Below, piece by piece: positions 35,061 through 38,071 of a DNA stretch of 38,071 bases. The translations under genes and the position numbers were made by a program. The stretch covers positions 9,828,421 to 9,866,491 of the forward strand of contig NC_069000.1 in the NCBI RefSeq assembly GCF_001194135.2, written 5' to 3'. Numbering within the stretch: position 1 is the stretch's first letter; each line of letters begins with the position of its first letter. Under the pieces are notes generated by a model, which was not told the DNA's origin, did not search any database, and worked only from the letters and a program-made list of their open reading frames with translations. Source of the stretch: Octopus bimaculoides (taxonomy: Eukaryota).

Positions 35061-36021
35061 NNNNNNNNNNNNNNNNNNNNNNNNNNNNNNNNNNNNNNNN
35101 NNNNNNNNNNNNNNNNNNNNNNNNNNNNNNNNNNNNNNNNNNNNNNNNNNNNNNNNNNNNNNNNNNNNNNNNNNNNNNNNNNNNNNNNNNNNNNNNNNNN
35201 NNNNNNNNNNNNNNNNNNNNNNNNNNNNNNNNNNNNNNNNNNNNNNNNNNNNNNNNNNNNNNNNNNNNNNNNNNNNNNNNNNNNNNNNNNNNNNNNNNNN
35301 NNNNNNNNNNNNNNNNNNNNNNNNNNNNNNNNNNNNNNNNNNNNNNNNNNNNNNNNNNNNNNNNNNNNNNNNNNNNNNNNNNNNNNNNNNNNNNNNNNNN
35401 NNNNNNNNNNNNNNNNNNNNNNNNNNNNNNNNNNNNNNNNNNNNNNNNNNNNNNNNNNNNNNNNNNNNNNNNNNNNNNNNNNNNNNNNNNNNNNNNNNNN
35501 NNNNNNNNNNNNNNNNNNNNNNNNNNNNNNNNNNNNNNNNNNNNNNNNNNNNNNNNNNNNNNNNNNNNNNNNNNNNNNNNNNNNNNNNNNNNNNNNNNNN
35601 NNNNNNNNNNNNNNNNNNNNNNNNNNNNNNNNNNNNNNNNNNNNNNNNNNNNNNNNNNNNNNNNNNNNNNNNNNNNNNNNNNNNNNNNNNNNNNNNNNNN
35701 NNNNNNNNNNNNNNNNNNNNNNNNNNNNNNNNNNNNNNNNNNNNNNNNNNNNNNNNNNNNNNNNNNNNNNNNNNNNNNNNNNNNNNNNNNNNNNNNNNNN
35801 NNNNNNNNNNNNNNNNNNNNNNNNNNNNNNNNNNNNNNNNNNNNNNNNNNNNNNNNNNNNNNNNNNNNNNNNNNNNNNNNNNNNNNNNNNNNNNNNNNNN
35901 NNNNNNNNNNNNNNNNNNNNNNNNNNNNNNNNNNNNNNNNNNNNNNNNNNNNNNNNNNNNNNNNNNNNNNNNNNNNNNNNNNNNNNNNNNNNNNNNNNNN
36001 NNNNNNNNNNNNNNNNNNNNN

Positions 36022-36250
36022 NGGGTTTTAGGGTTAGGGTTAGGGTTTTAGAGTTAGGGTTTTAGAGTTAGGGTTTTAGAGTTAGGGTTTTAGAGTTAGG
36101 GTTTTAGAGTTAGGGTTAGGGTTACGGTTTTAGGGTTAGGGTTAGGGTTTTAGGGCTAGGGTTAGGGTTTTAGGGTTAGGGTTAGGGTTTTAGAGTTAGG
36201 GTTTTAGAGTTAGGGTTTTAGAGTTAGGGTTAGGGTTAGGGTTAGGGTTA
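36022..36250. repeat. Interstitial telomere-like array: TTAGGG mixed with TTTTAGAG/TTTTAGGG, 14-bp higher-order unit
   Basis: Repeated TTAGGGTTTTAGAG blocks interspersed with pure TTAGGG. The left end is lost in a gap of about 960 N. Confidence 0.93.
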
Positions 36251-36599
36251 TGAGTATTTTTGCCAAATTTTGTGAAAAATTTGTGGCGGTGTTTTGAACG
36301 GATTTCCTTCACAACTTGCTACCATGTAGGTAGCCCCCACCAGAAAAATAAAAAAACAAACATTTACACTAAATTAAAAAGAGAAAGAGGTGAACATACA
36401 TACATACATACATACATACATAGAAAAGGAGAGAGCGAGAGAAAAGAGGGAGTTGCAAAACAAACCGGAAGTTATGTTACAGATGGCAGATTTCACAGAA
36501 ATAATAACGATATCATCTTCATATGTGAATACATATTCTTGTCATCGTTTGTCTTATATTCTTTTCGTACTTGTTTTTTTTTATATTGTTAGTTCTTCA

Positions 36600-36950
36600 A
36601 CATCTTCAAACGATATTTTAAAAAGATACCGAGATGAAATTTTTTACAACAAATTTTGAAAGAACGATCACAGGAAATATTAAAAATGCATATTGTGGAA
36701 GTAGTACGTATTTAAAACATATTTTCAAATAAGGCTGAAGTGAAAGCCCGGAAAGCTATCATGAAAGAACGTTTAGACGAAATACGTGAAATTATATCGT
36801 TGAAAGACCTTATGATGAAGTATTTAAGCAGTATCTTGAAAACGATATTATGGAAATGGTATATATCAAAGAACAAAAGATAAGAAACAGAAAAATTACG
36901 GGATAAGTTCAACTTGAAAATGATGGACAAATACTTAAAGTATATATTTT
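36600..36950 (+). pseudogene. Possible decayed AT-rich coding sequence of unknown origin
   Basis: With two frameshifts and two stops it reads DILKRYRDE/QQILKERSQEILKMHIVEVVRI*NIFSNKAEVKARKAIMKERLDEIRE/YIVERPYDEVFKQYLENDIMEMVYIKEQKIRNRKITG*VQLENDGQILKV, with GAA-rich codon bias. Confidence 0.35.
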
Positions 36951-37031
36951 AAAAGTATATACATATATGGAAAATGTAAGGGAACTTATAGCCGCTGTTA
37001 TTCGTGCTGTAATGGCCCCGAAAGGGCTCAC

Positions 37032-37101
37032 CCGGAAATTGAAGTGATAGGTATTGGGTAGAGGTATTATATCCATTCTGTAATTTTTCCATTTGTGATA
37101 C
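37032..37101 (-). CDS. Candidate 70-nt exon (VSQMEKLQNGYNTSTQYLSLQFP-G)
   Basis: Strong donor CCGG|GTGAGC in phase 1, compatible with the 33069 exon. The acceptor (TTGCTTTAACAAG|) is modest. Confidence 0.2.
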
Positions 37102-37600
37102 CTTGTTAAAGCAACTTACGCGCATATATGCAAACACACACATGATCATACACACACATGATCATACACACTGGAAGAGAAAGAGAGAGAGAGAGAGAGA
37201 GAGGGGGGAGGAGGGAGAGGGGGGAGAGGTGGAGAGAGAGAGAAAGGGAGTGGTTGTAAATGTAGGACTGCATACGGAAGGAGATGGACAAAAGTGCTTG
37301 CAGACAAGAATGAAAGCGACACCGCCATTTTACTAATTGATGACTGATGTGAATTTATATTCTTAATTCGTGAGTGAAGATATACAGAGACTAAGAAATT
37401 ATTTACTATAGATTAATATATTATACTATGTAATGCAATATAATATAATATAATATAATATAATATAATATAATATAATATAATATAACGTAACATAATA
37501 TAATATAATATAATNNNNNNNNNNNNNNNNNNNNNNNNNNNNNNNNNNNNNNNNNNNNNNNNNNNNNNNNNNNNNNNNNNNNNNNNNNNNNNNNNNNNNN

Positions 37601-37705
37601 TTGGTTTACAAAGATTAAGTCCTGGGGCCGATTTCTTCGACAAAACCCCTTTAAGGCGGTGTTCCAGAATGGACGCAGTTGAATGACTGGAAAGAATAAA
37701 AGAAT
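37601..37705 (+). mobile_element. SINE family A tail
   Basis: AGTCCTGGGGCCGATTTCTTCGAC...AAGGCGGTGTTCCAGAATGGACGCAGTTGAATGACTG. Confidence 0.8.
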
Positions 37706-37987
37706 AACAGATTAAAAGAATATACTTTTAATTGTGTTAAATAATTTCTCTCAAGTCTAAACGAGGTTCGGGTAATTCTGACTGTGCTGAAAGTGAATAA
37801 AAAAAACCTCAACAAAGCCGAAACGGTATATGTTTTCCCTGAGGGGTTAAGAGTATAATGTTAGTTTTATGGAAGACTAGAAATATATTCTTATATATAA
37901 CTAATAGTCTCTATGGGGTGTTACGTAAATCTTTCTCTCACAACTACGCTATTATTTATGTCTACACACACACTCATATACATACAT

Positions 37988-38054
<67 letters not shown>

Positions 38055-38071
38055 GAATTCTCCCTATATAT

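Overview
This is eukaryotic genomic DNA from a gapped short-read assembly, with many N runs and very dense microsatellites (AT, AC, AG, ATAC, ATCT, GAA, CAA). The tRNA-derived SINE families match my recollection of Octopus repeats, so the source is probably a coleoid cephalopod; this is an inference, not a database result. Most of the window looks intronic or intergenic. Mobile elements include three SINE families, a decayed R4/Dong-like (restriction-like endonuclease) LINE, a CR1-like LINE 3' end, a Tc1/mariner transposase remnant, a mariner MITE, a hAT MITE nested inside a SINE, and Penelope-like fragments with hammerhead-ribozyme motifs. Almost all ORFs in the supplied track are artefacts of microsatellites or gaps. 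I could not recognise any gene by name. Several short candidate exons with good splice sites occur on the minus strand, some phase-compatible and one pair encoding a hydrophobic helix, and one death-domain-like candidate exon occurs on the plus strand. The most notable structures are a 56-bp near-perfect inverted repeat beside a telomere-like tract and just upstream of that candidate exon, a 123-bp foldback hairpin, an interstitial telomere-like array with a 14-bp higher-order unit next to a decayed coding stretch, and a CpG-rich promoter-like patch. There is no CRISPR array, rRNA or bona fide tRNA.
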